Below are positions 63,984-64,000 of a stretch of 64,000 nucleotides of DNA, in pieces. Under the pieces are notes generated by a model. The model saw only the letters and a program-made list of their open reading frames with translations. It made no database searches and was not told where the DNA came from. The stretch comes from Antedon mediterranea (Eukaryota; Animalia; Echinodermata): positions 25,975,648-26,039,647 of the forward strand of contig NC_092673.1 in NCBI RefSeq assembly GCF_964355755.1, read 5' to 3'. Each line of letters opens with the position of its first letter. Within the stretch, counting starts at the first letter, position 1. The position numbers and the translations under genes are program-made.

Positions 63984-64000
63984 CTAAGCACAAAATAAAA

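Overview
AT-rich, intron-rich animal genomic DNA. It is probably a marine invertebrate; the Deu/Nin-domain and 5S-derived SINEs would fit an echinoderm-like deuterostome, but the taxon is not provable from this window. Manual splicing gives five genes that the ORF track shows only as fragments. (1,2) A tandem pair of 3-exon + strand genes each encodes a 110-aa secreted precursor: signal peptide, strongly basic spacer, and a 6-Cys knottin (ICK)-like domain with identical, unusually long spacing C-x8-C-x13-CC-x4-C-x18-C. This is the most novel feature. (3) A divergent CD-MPR/ATG27-family type I membrane protein (- strand, 6 exons, 347 aa) whose stalk is built from a coding 24-bp minisatellite. 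(4) A 542-aa cysteine-containing LRR protein with an N-terminal BC-box-like motif (- strand, 11 coding exons). (5) The last three exons of a KChIP/KCNIP neuronal calcium sensor with a probable ~5-kb 3' UTR. The rest is dense with TEs: Kolobok-like TTAA elements (one with two convergent spliced transcription-unit relics), a HINE/DINE-like element, Harbinger/Tourist-type MITEs (some nested), piggyBac- and hAT-like MITEs, truncated LINEs, and tRNA-, Deu- and 5S-derived SINEs. All family assignments come from motif recognition, not database searches.
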